From positions 1 through 59,431 of the forward strand of contig JAKBZR010000007.1 in NCBI GenBank assembly GCA_021842405.1: 59,431 bases of DNA, written 5' to 3'. Origin of the DNA: a bacterium. Its GTDB lineage: Bacteria > Armatimonadota > Chthonomonadetes > Chthonomonadales > JAMCWF01. The notes under the pieces are model-generated. The model was not told the origin of the DNA. It searched no databases and was given only the letters and a program-made list of their open reading frames with translations. The position numbers and the translations under genes were made by a program. Shown one piece after another: positions 27,388 through 38,073 of this stretch. Within the stretch, counting starts at the first letter, position 1; every line of letters begins with the position of its first letter.

Positions 27388-30300
27388 TCCGAACTCCTAT
27401 TAACGATTGGACTCACCTCAATTACACTGGCAGGGTTCATCAGCCGAATCTCCGGCTCCCCCCAGGATCCCCAGTCGGCGGTGGAGTTATTATGCACCAC
27501 ATTCCCTCGTAGTACCAAGCGCACTTGTTGCCCCTCGAAACGGCTTAAATCGGCCTGCATCACCCTCCACTGGTGCTGAACCCCCAATTTTGACGCCAAT
27601 TGGATTCGCTGACCCTTCGAGTTGATGACGTCCAGGATAAAGTCGAGGCCGACGCTCGGGTCGCCCCCATCCTTTAGGCCGATGAAGCTGTGGAACTCCA
27701 CCGGCTCGTTCGGCAGTCGGATCGGCTCCGATATGGCCCAGGTATAGCCGATGCCGTGAATATAGGGCGGATGCATGAAGATTCCGTGCTTCACCGCCCC
27801 GCCGACCGGCAGTTCCTGACCGGGACTGAACATCGCGCCCGAAGTGCCGTCATCCGGTTCCTCATGTTGGCCGCGGAGAGCAATGCCCCACTGGTAACGC
27901 AGCGAGGTTAAATCAAACAGCTTTGCCGGTTGATTTCGACGGGTCAGTTGGAATTGGGCGCTGTAATTTCGATGGCATCCGGACACCGTAACGGTCAGCC
28001 GCCCGCTGACGGCCGGTGTGCTGCCGGGCCGAATGACAAGATTGATCTCCGAAGGCGGCTTCGTGGAGCTGAAATACAGTTTGCGGGGCGAAACCTCGAA
28101 TCCATCTGATACGGAACCATGTACGGCCAGTCTCGCTCTCGGCAAACCGCCCAAAAACCAGATCGGTTTCATCGCCAGCGTCGTCTTTTCGGGTGAGACG
28201 ACGGATTGGAATCGCCACTGAACCGGTGCTATCACCTGAATCATGGCCTCCCGTATCGCTTTTCTATGGATCGCGGTGACCCGCACCCAAGTCCCAATTT
28301 TGGCATCGGCCGGGATGGTTAAAACGTTGTGAGAAACCGTGCCCTGATTGGCAACCAAACGAGCGGAGCCGACCCTTAATAATAAAATCGGAACCCGGCT
28401 GCCCGGCGCCGCCACCGCCCTTTGAGGTTGAATGGACCAGGTCGTCTTGCCGGAAAAAATCAGCACGTAACGGATCGCCTGATTAACCGGCTCGATCCAG
28501 GTTGCGTTGCCCGAATCGTGGAGGACGGCGTTATGAAGCTGTTGCCCGTTCACGGCGTACGACTTACATTGAACGACAGCGGCCTTCGTTCCATAGGGTC
28601 GCTTGATCTCAAAGGCGCCGGTTCCGGAGATATGCACAATCTTGAGGTAGTTCGCGTCGCCCGGAATAATGGCCAGTGCGCCGTTGGAGCCGGCCGACTC
28701 GGTTTCAAACCAGTGCCCTCGACCATCCTGATAGGTATAGGCGGCTGATCTCAGAAAATCGTACTTGCGCCCATTACGAAGCGCTGAAAAGCTGAAAAGG
28801 GGCCCGCGCCGACTTTTTTCTTGTTCCACCACCCATCCGGCCGGCGGAACGTTGATATCCATTCCGTGCGCCTTAACCAGCCAGTCCTGATCGGGGCTGT
28901 CGTTCAGCCAGAGCTTTAAACCGTTTGGATACTCGAGAAATAATTGCCGACGCTTGCGAGGGAGATCCCTCTCCACTGCGCGGGAGGTGCCGACCAGCTT
29001 TTGGCCATCCCAGTAGGCGATCCGAACCGGCACTTTCAAACCGTAGCGGGCCTGCACCTGCTGGAGCATATAGTAAGACCGGCACGTCCGCTCAATTCCG
29101 TACTGCTCCTCCACCAGCCAGCCGATATGCCCGTAAGCCATCGTGGTCAGTATAAATCGGTCAATCGCGCGATCAAGGTTTTGAGGCGCTTGCCAGTTCG
29201 GGATAGCGTCACAATAAAAGGTGGTCCAGCTCACCCCGATATCGCACTCTTTGGGATGAATTTGGAGCAGATCGAAGACCGGAAGCAGCGGCTCGGTAGC
29301 GAGCGGACGATTATTATAGGTGTGGCCGTAGTTGCCGTCATCGAGGCCGGCGTAGAAACACTGGTAGGTTCCTTCCGAAAAGACCGGTCCGCCATAGATG
29401 CGCGAGTCGTTACGGAGAAGCTGCCCATACGCATAAAAGGTCTGGGCGAAGGTGCCGGCTCCGGGAAGCCGGGCGTCGAAATCGGTATGGTACCACGGAG
29501 AAACGGCGGTCATTACGTCAGTATAGGCGGCATCGGAACGGTATCGCTTTTCAACTTGCGGTGCTATTTCGGCCTCAAATTGCACCGCGGCCAGCGGCTT
29601 CTCCGCCCAGCACCGATACCAGGCCCCCTGCCAGCTCCCGTCCGATAGGAGTATCACCTTGTTTGGATCCCACCGCTTATCAATGGGCGCAAAATCGCTG
29701 TAGTTGGTGTAGAGGCCGCTCAGCCAGCCGAGCGACTTTTGATGCGCCACGTACTGCTCCAGCGCCCGATCACCGCCGCCCAACACCGGCTCCCCATTCA
29801 CAATGGGAGAGTTGCCTCGGAGCGGGGCGGCGTGGGTGCGCAGCGTAAAGCTCTCCCCGCGATCACGCCATGCGATCTCATGGTTGCATTGGATGAGCCT
29901 TCTGATCCCATAGGCGCGCAACATATCGCTTCGCTTTTCTTCCTGGACGTAGCTCTCCGGTCCCCAAGATTCCTGCCAGAGGCGGTTAGCCGCCTCTTTA
30001 GCATGCAAGCCGACCGGATTGGCAATAGTCGGCAAGACCTCCTCCAGCGAAGGCGAGACGGTGACGAAAAGTCGCTCATACATCGGGTTGAGCTTTCCGT
30101 TGGTAAGCGGTAAATAGTTAATAGCGCCGTTAATCCGCGCCGTCGCGCCGCCCGCGAATTGGGCGCCTCGCAGCTCGGACCCGTTGGAGCGGTACCAATC
30201 GGGCCAGATGGAGGTGTAGACCCAGCTTCGTCCGGCCCGGCTGAGTAACACGCTGGGATCGTTTGAGCTGCCGCCATAGGTTCCATAGACCAAGAAGGGA

Positions 30301-31478
30301 ATATAGAGGGCGCGTGGATCGCTCAAACCGGTGAGCTGGCCGAAATGGATGCTGGTCGCACGCCTTGTGCGGTTGATTACGTCAATCACCAACGATTTTT
30401 GCCAGATTTGAAGCCGGAGCTCGGTGCCGTCACCGTACCACGCCCTCAATAAATCGGATTGCAGGATCACCCGAGCAAGTGTGAAGGGGTTGCTCTTCTT
30501 ACCCTGGATTACGATTGAGGAATCAGCCATCAAGCGGCCGACGTTGGCTCCGTTATAAATTGCGGTGAGGCCGCTCAGACCCTTTTTCGCATTGAACCGG
30601 TAGGTTAAACGGCTTTTTGCCCCTTGATAGGTAAAGAGATAAAGGTCCGATCGCGCCTTAACGATACCGTTTCGGTAGTGTGGATCGCGATTATAGGGCA
30701 AAATCGTTTGCTCTCGGGTTGGAAACGGCAAGCGACCGGGGCCGGTATTGGCGCCAGGGGATTGGCCGGGCAGCAGGGTTAAATTGCGGCGAGGCAGCGG
30801 CGGAAAGTGAAGCGGCGGCAGCAACTCATGGTAAAACCGGATTGAATCGAGGTAGATGACCCGATTCTGCGCCTGCCAACCGCCGACAATCTGTATGCCG
30901 ACCAGATCGGCCGGAAATGTCAGACCGGCCGGCAGCTTGGTGTGGAGCAAAAACCACTGCGGCCAGTCGATACTGGCGATTTGGACGGGGATCGTGTTGC
31001 CCGCCGCGTCTCGAATCAGCAGGGTGATGGAGACCGGTGGGGTTTGGGACAGCGGCGGGGTGCCGGGCGGCTCCGAGCCAAACGTCCATCGGTCGCCATA
31101 GACCCACATATTCACCGCATCGGCGCCATCCGGTATCGCGATCGGTTTCGGTGGTGTGAGAGTGATGCGAGGGTTGGAGGATTGCTTGCCATCCCCCTGG
31201 TAGGTCAGCTCGCCCACTGGCCGATTCCACAAGTTCTGTGCGCGGCTGAGCTGCAAAACCGCCTTCGCTCCGCCTACCACCTGCATCGTCCAGCCGTTTA
31301 GGTCGGCGAAGGTCAGGGTCGGCGGCCCCGCCTCTTTTCGGTGCGCCCAGTAAATCTCGTAGGGCTGCACTCCAACCGGCTCATTGGGATTGATTTGTGG
31401 AACGACGGTCTGTGCGACGGCCACATTAAACGCGAATAAGAAGGCGATTGTAAGGGTCACTGAGGGTCCGCTGCGCAT
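27384..31478 (-). CDS. Large secreted multidomain carbohydrate-active-like protein (TIM-barrel core; C-terminal NPCBM/NEW2-like domain)
   Basis: Signal peptide. Central motifs LYTNYSD, YTDV and VFSEG. C-terminal GIFMHPPY...FIGLKDG...ADWGSWGEP. Confidence 0.65.
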   Translation of the reverse strand: MRSGPSVTLTIAFLFAFNVAVAQTVVPQINPNEPVGVQPYEIYWAHRKEAGPPTLTFADLNGWTMQVVGGAKAVLQLSRAQNLWNRPVGELTYQGDGKQSSNPRITLTPPKPIAIPDGADAVNMWVYGDRWTFGSEPPGTPPLSQTPPVSITLLIRDAAGNTIPVQIASIDWPQWFLLHTKLPAGLTFPADLVGIQIVGGWQAQNRVIYLDSIRFYHELLPPLHFPPLPRRNLTLLPGQSPGANTGPGRLPFPTREQTILPYNRDPHYRNGIVKARSDLYLFTYQGAKSRLTYRFNAKKGLSGLTAIYNGANVGRLMADSSIVIQGKKSNPFTLARVILQSDLLRAWYGDGTELRLQIWQKSLVIDVINRTRRATSIHFGQLTGLSDPRALYIPFLVYGTYGGSSNDPSVLLSRAGRSWVYTSIWPDWYRSNGSELRGAQFAGGATARINGAINYLPLTNGKLNPMYERLFVTVSPSLEEVLPTIANPVGLHAKEAANRLWQESWGPESYVQEEKRSDMLRAYGIRRLIQCNHEIAWRDRGESFTLRTHAAPLRGNSPIVNGEPVLGGGDRALEQYVAHQKSLGWLSGLYTNYSDFAPIDKRWDPNKVILLSDGSWQGAWYRCWAEKPLAAVQFEAEIAPQVEKRYRSDAAYTDVMTAVSPWYHTDFDARLPGAGTFAQTFYAYGQLLRNDSRIYGGPVFSEGTYQCFYAGLDDGNYGHTYNNRPLATEPLLPVFDLLQIHPKECDIGVSWTTFYCDAIPNWQAPQNLDRAIDRFILTTMAYGHIGWLVEEQYGIERTCRSYYMLQQVQARYGLKVPVRIAYWDGQKLVGTSRAVERDLPRKRRQLFLEYPNGLKLWLNDSPDQDWLVKAHGMDINVPPAGWVVEQEKSRRGPLFSFSALRNGRKYDFLRSAAYTYQDGRGHWFETESAGSNGALAIIPGDANYLKIVHISGTGAFEIKRPYGTKAAVVQCKSYAVNGQQLHNAVLHDSGNATWIEPVNQAIRYVLIFSGKTTWSIQPQRAVAAPGSRVPILLLRVGSARLVANQGTVSHNVLTIPADAKIGTWVRVTAIHRKAIREAMIQVIAPVQWRFQSVVSPEKTTLAMKPIWFLGGLPRARLAVHGSVSDGFEVSPRKLYFSSTKPPSEINLVIRPGSTPAVSGRLTVTVSGCHRNYSAQFQLTRRNQPAKLFDLTSLRYQWGIALRGQHEEPDDGTSGAMFSPGQELPVGGAVKHGIFMHPPYIHGIGYTWAISEPIRLPNEPVEFHSFIGLKDGGDPSVGLDFILDVINSKGQRIQLASKLGVQHQWRVMQADLSRFEGQQVRLVLRGNVVHNNSTADWGSWGEPEIRLMNPASVIEVSPIVNRSSD

Positions 31479-31623
31479 ATTTTTCTCCTGTAAATAGGGT
31501 TGAATACCAATTCACAGTTTATAAGTAAATAAATTTATAACAGTTATTTTATCAATAATTGCGATGTTTGCCCGGCAATCCCTCTTCTCAAACCCATAAA
31601 ATCAAGGAGCGCTTTTAGTAATC

Positions 31624-32247
31624 CTATAGAGTTTGCAAGAATTTTTTAAGCGGTTTAAAGACGGAACTATCCAGATTCCAGTAACCACTTTTCCCCGTCG
31701 CCTCGCCTACCAGTAGACCCGGTTCCTTCCGAGAAGCCAAAAAAGTATGCAACCGGGCCTTGTCTGCATTTTTTGGTAGCGCGGATGACTTTTTTAAGCA
31801 ATCAAGATATTGGTGGACGCATGGGATTGCGGAATCGTCCGATCTTGCCACTGCCTGCCAGCAGAGCGTCTCCAACATTCCCGGGTTTTGGCAATCCGGC
31901 AAAATAAAAACCGATATATTCGGGTCGCCGTCAACCATTTCGCTCGGGTGGGAAGGCACCGCAAAACCGCTCGCTTTCAGCGCATCACAAACCGACTGGA
32001 AAGCCGAGCCCATATCCAATTCAGCGTCACGAATGACGCCAAGTGAGTTGACATTCATTGACCGATAACTAGAACTGGCTTTTAGGGATTTCAGATATTT
32101 ACGAAATTGTGTTATCCCACCAAAATCCAGGATTTGAATGTCAGCTTGTTTTTCTATGTGCACACACAATTTATCGAAAAATATTTTTTCATCTTTGCCT
32201 TCCACTAGCACGATCTTAGGACGTGTGACCACTTCCGGGTCGGGCAT
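31624..32247 (-). CDS. DUF3226 family TOPRIM-like protein
   Basis: Motifs VLVEGKDE, GG, GVIRDAE, FILPD..NPGMLETL and KARLHTFLA. Confidence 0.8.
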   Translation of the reverse strand: MPDPEVVTRPKIVLVEGKDEKIFFDKLCVHIEKQADIQILDFGGITQFRKYLKSLKASSSYRSMNVNSLGVIRDAELDMGSAFQSVCDALKASGFAVPSHPSEMVDGDPNISVFILPDCQNPGMLETLCWQAVARSDDSAIPCVHQYLDCLKKSSALPKNADKARLHTFLASRKEPGLLVGEATGKSGYWNLDSSVFKPLKKFLQTL

Positions 32248-32248
32248 A

Positions 32249-33355
32249 TCACCGCACCTCCAGGTTACTGGAGATGGCGGTTTCTATCATTTCCTGGTCA
32301 TAAACGATAGCATCAACGTCCTCTTTTATGTTATCCAAACGAATCACCCGAAGATCGTTGGGATCGGCTTCCTTAAAAGCCTCGTGGGCGGCGCAAATAC
32401 ATTCCCAGCTATGGGTGGTGGCGAATATCTGCAAATCGTGATCTTTCGCCGCTTGATTGATCGCTTTCCATACGTTCTTCATCGTGGAATGATGAAGTCC
32501 GTTTTCCACCTCGTCTATGAGCACGATTCCCTTTTCCGCCTGCGTTATCGCCAAAATAATCGAAGTGAGGCGCACCATTCCCTGTCCCATCAAGGGTAAT
32601 GGGATTAGACGCTCAAGGCCAATATCACCGTAGAGCATCGGGGTTTGTCCCATCAATAAAACGGAAAGTTGTTTCAGCCTTTTCTCCAATATTTTCAGCG
32701 GCTCGATAACCTCATCAATGCGTCCCACCAGCGCTAAGCTGCTATATATCTGCACATATTCATTCGTTAAGCGATTTGAGGCACCCATAAGGCGGGTTAA
32801 AGGCATAAGTGGCAACTTACCTTGACTAGTTGCAGTTTCAGTCGGCGTAATCTTAATATGAGATTCGTAAGCCTCATTATTAAAATCCTTGAAAACAAGT
32901 TTTATTTCCCATAAGCCTTTATCGGTGCTAAGAGAAGTGGTTGGCTTTGAAAGGTTCTCGGAAGTTGGTATGCTCTCCCTTACAATACCGCTCACTTGCC
33001 TTGTCGTCATAACCATGTCTTGTTGAGTTAAATATATTTCAAGTGACCGTCTCTTTTTGTCATCATTTTGGATAATCAATTGAATCGGTTCGTTAGAAGC
33101 GTCGCTGTGAAACAGTGAGCGGCAGTTTCCTACCATATCATCCGAGGGAGTTGGAAAAGTAAGAGGTATGCCTCGAAAGCCATTTATATTAGCAACAATT
33201 TGAAGATTATTTCCTGCCATGTGCAAATAAATCGCTTCCAATAATGCCGTCTTGCCGACGTTGTTGGATCCCATGATCAAGTTCACGCGAGCGAACGGCT
33301 CAATCTTTATATCACGGAAACAGCGAAAGTTTTTTATCTCAAAAGATTCCAGCAT
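32249..33355 (-). CDS. AAA_15/AAA_21 ABC-type ATPase (AbiEii/OLD-like)
   Basis: IKNFRCF, Walker A GSNNVGKT, signature-like MGQG, Walker B LIDEVENGLH and H-loop TTHS. Confidence 0.9.
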   Translation of the reverse strand: MLESFEIKNFRCFRDIKIEPFARVNLIMGSNNVGKTALLEAIYLHMAGNNLQIVANINGFRGIPLTFPTPSDDMVGNCRSLFHSDASNEPIQLIIQNDDKKRRSLEIYLTQQDMVMTTRQVSGIVRESIPTSENLSKPTTSLSTDKGLWEIKLVFKDFNNEAYESHIKITPTETATSQGKLPLMPLTRLMGASNRLTNEYVQIYSSLALVGRIDEVIEPLKILEKRLKQLSVLLMGQTPMLYGDIGLERLIPLPLMGQGMVRLTSIILAITQAEKGIVLIDEVENGLHHSTMKNVWKAINQAAKDHDLQIFATTHSWECICAAHEAFKEADPNDLRVIRLDNIKEDVDAIVYDQEMIETAISSNLEVR

Positions 33356-33535
33356 GATCGCTCACACCACCTTTCAGCTTGGCGCCGGCACGATTATTCT
33401 ATACCCGATCCCTATCCGTTTTTGCATGGCCGACATGCGCATTCCGTATCATCACTCAACCATCAGCAGACCTTAGATTAAGCTTTAGCGGCGTACGAAG
33501 GCCAACGCTTTATCGAACAGCGCGCCGATAGGACG

Positions 33536-36073
33536 TCACCTCACGATCTGATAAGTACCGGGCCGCAGCAACCAGCCGCTATGAACGGCCGGAGCCAGGC
33601 TCTTCGTCGCACCCTCAATCCGGTAGCATTTTGCCCGCTCCCAACCCGACATTTTCAAACGAAACCACTGCCAATGCTCTTGCAGCTCACCCACCGGCGC
33701 CTCGAACGAGCCGTTCAAGCAGTTTCCCACCAGTTGCGCATCCGGATTTACAGTCAGTTGATACCCATTCGCACCAATTTTTTCAAGAACATAGAGGCCG
33801 CTTCCCCCATAATCCACGTAGGGCGATGAGCCGGTTCCCACGATTTTAACCGGAGATGGCGGCCATTTTAGCGGACGCCAGCGATCGTTTATTTGCCGCG
33901 AATGGTAAACCCGATCTTCGGTGGCGAGCAGGGTCATGTTTTCATAGAACGAAACGGCCATCGGGGGCAGAATGAGCGGCCCCGGTCCGGCCGTATAGCG
34001 GATCCCGCGCGGTAAGCGCCGGAACGCCTCGCCGGCCGCCATGTAACTGACGACTTTGGTCGGGGTGTAGAGCCAGTTCAGCCAGTGAGCGTTCCAATCG
34101 GTGTTCCAACGAGCGGTCGCAAGGGTGTCGTACTGAAATTGGCAGGCGATCTGGCACTCGCCGCTGCGAAAGTGGGCCGCGATGGCGGGATAAAGGTAGC
34201 AGCTCACGTTGGTCGCCGGCGCATCGAACTCGTAGGCCACCCGCGCCTTCTTTGCCAGGCGCCCATCCAACTGCAACGGCCCCACCGATGGCAACAGGTT
34301 AGTTCCATCGTTAACCTGCTCCCAGCCGCCCGGATAGATGCTTACCGTCACCGCCTCGCACTCGGAGTCGGCGATCGCCTGGGTCAGATCATCCCCCGGA
34401 TCAAAGAAATAAGAGACCGCCACCGGCTGGTCGGCGGCGGTTGAGCGAATGGCGCCGATCATTTCGGTCAGATAGGTGCGCATCAGCTCGTATCGGAAGA
34501 AGGGAAAAAAGGCAACGCGGTCCTTTAACTGATGGTTTGTTAGCCACCTTTGCCATAATTCACGAAATATTCGATGGTCCTTCTTCAGCACATCGGCCGG
34601 CTCGCCCTGGGGCGAGTAAGCATCGCCGGTAATATCGCCATAGCTGAAATAGGACGGCTCATTCATGATTTCCAGGAAGCAGACGTTCGGCTGATCCTTC
34701 AGTGCGCGCCCGCTGTAAGGATTGATGTGATTCAGAAACTGACGGATGAAATTTGAGGCCGCCGCCTTCGCGGCCGGAACGAACATCATTCCCGGCTTGC
34801 TGGTGAAATTGGAAAAGGCGTCCGGCCTTGCATTGGGGCTGTTCCACCACGCGATGAGGGTGAAGTAAAAGTAGATGCCTCGATCGGCGCACTCGGAGAC
34901 CAGATAATCCAGCAAATCTAAATGGATGTTCGGCTTTAAATTACCCTTCGAATCGCTGATCTCCCGATCGAAAACGTGGATGCGAATAATTTCGACGTCC
35001 ATCCGTTGAAGATCATCCAGATCCTGGCGGATGGTTGCCTTCATATCAACCCGTCGGGCCTCCATGTTGACAAACTGCTGCCAGGCCATAGGGTAGTAGT
35101 TCGTTCCCCAGAGGGCGACCTCGGCGCCTTCCGGATAACGCAGCACCCCATCCTTCACATGCAGCCGCCGAAAAGGATGCGGTGTGCCGATCGGTCCCGG
35201 TTTCGGGCGCTGGATCGGCGGCGTGGCGCCGGCCGGCTGGTTCGTCCAGTTGCCCGCATCGCCCGACACGATCAGATAGGGCGGCTCGTAAAGACCACCG
35301 CCGAAGGTTGGATTTTCCACCATTACGGTCAGCAGGTTCGGCTTCCCCCACCGAATCAAATTTTCCGGCGCCACGTAATCCCGCGGTGTATTCCAGCCGT
35401 TTATGTGACCAATCTCAGTCCCGTTCCAGTAGGTAATATCGTTATCGTCCACTCCGCCCAGTAAAACATGGAGCGGCCGCCCCCGCCAATCGTCCGGCAC
35501 ATTGACCCAGACCCGGCACCAGGCGTTTTCGTTGCTCTCCCACATGTGAGGAATGGCCAGGCTTTCCCAATTCTCGTCATTGAGCGATGGAGCAGCGAGC
35601 AGTGGGTTGATCGGCTGGCTGGCCGGGACGAATTTGCGTTTCCATGTAAGGCCGGACAGATCAATGCCGCGCCGAATTGCAATATCAGCGACCGCCTCGT
35701 TCAACCGCGCGACGAGGGTCGCATTTGCGGTATTTGGGCTTATAGCGGCTTCAACTGTTACCAGCTTCCAACCGAAAGACTTCAGGCTGCATGCGACGTG
35801 ATCGGGAGTTACCGATCCATTTTCGATGGCGAGATCGAGATTTCCGGTTACCGGTGAGGAGCCTCCATTATAAAGCATCAAGATGATGCTTTCTGGTGAG
35901 CTCCCGCCGATGACATAGGAGGGAGCGCGAATTTGAAGGTCGTCGCCCGCCATACCGCTAGCACCGGCATACCGGCTGACGCCAAGCGCCGCGCTTGACA
36001 GCGCTGAGCTTATCAGAAACTCACGCCTTGAGACTTTCCCCTTCTGAGCTTTCGCGCTCCCCCGATTAGGCAT
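33536..36073 (-). CDS. Tat-exported glycoside hydrolase-like protein (sugar-binding domain plus GH-A-like TIM barrel)
   Basis: Twin-arginine SRREFL. Motifs GGVDDNDITYWNG, LWGTNY, IRIH, EIMNEP and AYEFD. Confidence 0.75.
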   Translation of the reverse strand: MPNRGSAKAQKGKVSRREFLISSALSSAALGVSRYAGASGMAGDDLQIRAPSYVIGGSSPESIILMLYNGGSSPVTGNLDLAIENGSVTPDHVACSLKSFGWKLVTVEAAISPNTANATLVARLNEAVADIAIRRGIDLSGLTWKRKFVPASQPINPLLAAPSLNDENWESLAIPHMWESNENAWCRVWVNVPDDWRGRPLHVLLGGVDDNDITYWNGTEIGHINGWNTPRDYVAPENLIRWGKPNLLTVMVENPTFGGGLYEPPYLIVSGDAGNWTNQPAGATPPIQRPKPGPIGTPHPFRRLHVKDGVLRYPEGAEVALWGTNYYPMAWQQFVNMEARRVDMKATIRQDLDDLQRMDVEIIRIHVFDREISDSKGNLKPNIHLDLLDYLVSECADRGIYFYFTLIAWWNSPNARPDAFSNFTSKPGMMFVPAAKAAASNFIRQFLNHINPYSGRALKDQPNVCFLEIMNEPSYFSYGDITGDAYSPQGEPADVLKKDHRIFRELWQRWLTNHQLKDRVAFFPFFRYELMRTYLTEMIGAIRSTAADQPVAVSYFFDPGDDLTQAIADSECEAVTVSIYPGGWEQVNDGTNLLPSVGPLQLDGRLAKKARVAYEFDAPATNVSCYLYPAIAAHFRSGECQIACQFQYDTLATARWNTDWNAHWLNWLYTPTKVVSYMAAGEAFRRLPRGIRYTAGPGPLILPPMAVSFYENMTLLATEDRVYHSRQINDRWRPLKWPPSPVKIVGTGSSPYVDYGGSGLYVLEKIGANGYQLTVNPDAQLVGNCLNGSFEAPVGELQEHWQWFRLKMSGWERAKCYRIEGATKSLAPAVHSGWLLRPGTYQIVR

Positions 36074-36078
36074 TCGCG

Positions 36079-36936
36079 TTAGATCTTGGCCCAAACCTTG
36101 TTGAGCGCGGCCGCCGTATCCCGCGCCGCCTCGTCAGCCGGCAGCGCTGCGGTCGGCTTATGGAAGGGCTCCGGCGTAATGGGTCCTTGGTAACCGATCT
36201 TTTTCAGCCCGCGCAGGAATCCCACCAGGTCAATCACGCCGGTGGCTCCCGGCAGATCCCTCACGTTATCCATCTGCTCGTCCACTGGAATGCCCACCGG
36301 GGCATCGTTGACGTGCACATAGACCACCTGCTCCGGCTTGAGCGCTTCCACCTCGGCGACCGTGTGGTGGGCGGTGTACCAGTGCCAGCAATCCAACAGC
36401 AGGCCGACGTTCGGTCCGATCGCAGCGTCCAGCTCCAGCATTTTGTCCATCGTGTGAATGAATTCGTACTTTTGGCTGGTCCAGAGCGTTTTTGGCCCGA
36501 TGAACTCAAGACCGAGGCTGCAACCGTGATCCCGCAGCGTTTTTGCAATCGGCGTGAAGCGCGCCACCGCAAAGTCCCAGTATTCCGAGTAGGTCATCGT
36601 GTTGGAGCAGGGCATCACCCAGGTCGAAACCCGGGTGCAGCCGATGGCCTGGCCCGCCTTCGCCAGCCGAGGCAACTGCTCTAAATCCTTGCGCCATCGC
36701 TCTTCGTCACCGCGCCACTCCACCGGCAGTCCCCACCCGCCGGGCAGTATCCCATTTTTCCGAAACAGGTTGATGACTCGCTCCGCTCCGATCTCATTCA
36801 GCAGGTTGGCAACCTCACCGATCGGCACCTCAACCCCTTGAAAGCCGGCGTCTTTCGCCAACTGTATGCCCCGTTCCAATCCGGCCGAAATCCCGATCGC
36901 GCCCGGGCTTAGACAGGTAAACATCTTCGCTTGCAT
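36079..36936 (-). CDS. Sugar phosphate isomerase/epimerase (AP endonuclease 2 family)
   Basis: Motifs GFQGVE, GLEF, LLDCWHW, HVND, PGATGVID and GYQGPITPE. Confidence 0.88.
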   Translation of the reverse strand: MQAKMFTCLSPGAIGISAGLERGIQLAKDAGFQGVEVPIGEVANLLNEIGAERVINLFRKNGILPGGWGLPVEWRGDEERWRKDLEQLPRLAKAGQAIGCTRVSTWVMPCSNTMTYSEYWDFAVARFTPIAKTLRDHGCSLGLEFIGPKTLWTSQKYEFIHTMDKMLELDAAIGPNVGLLLDCWHWYTAHHTVAEVEALKPEQVVYVHVNDAPVGIPVDEQMDNVRDLPGATGVIDLVGFLRGLKKIGYQGPITPEPFHKPTAALPADEAARDTAAALNKVWAKI

Positions 36937-37001
36937 CTCCTTGTAGCTTAATTTAGAAATGGATTGATTTACGAAAGCCGTTTCAATTGAAATGATTCAT
37001 C

Positions 37002-37937
37002 TTACTGGGCGCTACGGCGTCCAGGCCAGTGAAAGAGCGGGAGGCCCGGCGCCGACACCGGAATAGAATAGACCGCATTCGTCTCGCATTCGGTAATGTA
37101 GAGCGTTTTCAAATCCATGCCGGCAAACTCCACGTTGGTCACCTGCTTGCCAGGCAGGGAGATACGCCGAACGATCTTCCCATCCGGTGAGATGACGATA
37201 ACGGCAGATCCCCCAAAATGGGCGACGTACAGTTTACCCTCAGTGTCAAAGGCCATCCCATCCGGTTCACCGCCGGGCAAATCAATGAACACCTCCGGCT
37301 TGCCCAGCGCACCGTCCGGATGGACCCGCAATCGCAGCACCCGTTGGGGGCTGGATTCGTTCAAATAGAGCCAGCGGCCGTCCGCGCTAAACGCCAAGCC
37401 GTTCGGGAACGCCAGCCCTTCCGCCGCGCAGGTGACCTGATGCGTATTGCCGTCAATCCGGTAGACGCAGCCGATCGGACGCTCCACATTGGAGCCGGTC
37501 GGATCGGTGAAGTAGAGATTGCCGCCAGCGTCGAAAACGAGGTCGTTCGGGCCCTTGAAAGCTCGGTCGCCGCACCGATCGGCAATCAGCTCGTTGGTTC
37601 CATCCAGCTTGATGCGGACGATGGCGTTCCGGCCGAAGTCACAGACCCACAGCGAGCCGTCCTCGGCGACGATCATGCCGTTCGTTCTTTGAAATCGGAA
37701 ACCGCTCGGATCGCCGGCACATTGAAAGGTGGAGACCACGCCGGTAGTCAGGTTGATCCTCGTAATGAAATCCCTATTGCAGTTAGAGACGTAGAGCGTT
37801 TCTTGCCCATCGTAAGCCGGCCCCTCCGGAAAAAACAGGCCGCCGGTTACCTTTTTCAGATCGGTTACCTCATCGCCTGCCGCACCCAATCCCATGCAAA
37901 CGGCGATCGCCGCCAGATAAAATCCAACTTGCAACAT
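37002..37937 (-). CDS. SMP-30/gluconolactonase/LRE family protein (signal peptide)
   Basis: Motifs FPEGP, GPNDL, YFTDP, FPNGLAFS and PDGMAFD. Confidence 0.92.
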   Translation of the reverse strand: MLQVGFYLAAIAVCMGLGAAGDEVTDLKKVTGGLFFPEGPAYDGQETLYVSNCNRDFITRINLTTGVVSTFQCAGDPSGFRFQRTNGMIVAEDGSLWVCDFGRNAIVRIKLDGTNELIADRCGDRAFKGPNDLVFDAGGNLYFTDPTGSNVERPIGCVYRIDGNTHQVTCAAEGLAFPNGLAFSADGRWLYLNESSPQRVLRLRVHPDGALGKPEVFIDLPGGEPDGMAFDTEGKLYVAHFGGSAVIVISPDGKIVRRISLPGKQVTNVEFAGMDLKTLYITECETNAVYSIPVSAPGLPLFHWPGRRSAQ

Positions 37938-38073
37938 AGTTTCCTATCCTTTACCAAAATAAATTATGAATAATCCCGCCTTCAGAGAAAATCGAAGGGC
38001 CGGCCGCATCCCGCAAATCACCATCAAAACCTTCGGGCGGAGTTGATGGGTAATTCGGCATTTGCTTTAATAA

